Shown: piece by piece, positions 63,650 to 64,000 of the stretch
How the letters are laid out: each line of letters opens with the position of its first letter
Numbering within the stretch: the first letter of the stretch is position 1
Assembly: GCA_964035545.1 (NCBI GenBank)
Contig: OZ037772.1
Coordinates: 10,848,818-10,912,817 of the forward strand
From: Bugula neritina
Lineage: Eukaryota > Animalia > Bryozoa
Reading direction: 5' to 3'
DNA length: 64,000 nucleotides
Program-made: the position numbers and the translations under genes
The notes under the pieces: generated by a model
Told to the model about the DNA's origin: nothing
Databases searched by the model: none
The model's input: the letters and a program-made list of their open reading frames with translations, nothing else

Positions 63650-64000
63650 CTATACTTATAGTTATAGTTAATTATAAATTATCACTATGACTGAATATCA
63701 TATTGAGTCTTAGCGATACTGATACCTTGTGATATTAATCAACTATAACTATGATTATAAATATAACCATACTGATACTAATACTAATAGATTACTATGA
63801 CTATCACTATCACGGTGACATTGAGTTTGCCTATGACAGTAATACTAATAGTAATACTAATAGTAATACTAATAGTAATACTAATATTAATACTAATAGT
63901 AATACTAATAGTATTAGAGTATTACTGTAATACTAAATCTAATAGTAATGGTAATAGAATTAACATTAGAACTAGAAGTTACTAGTAGTAGTTGAGTGAG
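63650..64000. repeat. 6/12-bp-period low-complexity repeat (agtaatactaat)
   Basis: Visible periodicity. Confidence 0.85.

Overview
AT-rich, intron-rich eukaryotic (invertebrate animal) genomic DNA. It is not prokaryotic, and most six-frame ORFs are artefacts of repeats or exon read-through. Splicing by hand (GT-AG junctions, phase-consistent) gives six protein-coding genes. On the + strand: a STE20/PAK-like kinase (~3.6-16.5 kb) with no visible CRIB motif and a Tyr-motif-rich N-terminus; an orphan ~127-aa single-pass membrane protein (18.3-19.9 kb); a GPR158/GPR179-like class C GPCR (22.6-32.1 kb); and a FAM166B/CIMIP2-like ciliary microtubule inner protein (33.6-38.1 kb). On the - strand: a large C2H2 zinc-finger/AT-hook protein (40.7 to ~49.6 kb, 5' end uncertain) and the splicing factor ESS2/DGCR14 (54.9-63.0 kb). 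Non-coding DNA holds a tRNA-derived SINE family with target-site duplications, several MITE families (one nested in a SINE, one with a TAA TSD), a 9-copy ~151-bp satellite and many minisatellites. The most striking unexplained pattern is that intronic minisatellites sit at splice sites, and in several cases the repeat unit is a copy of the exon-intron junction itself. Other leads are a candidate poison exon in ESS2 and the unusual kinase and GPCR architectures. All identifications come from recognised motifs; no database search was run.
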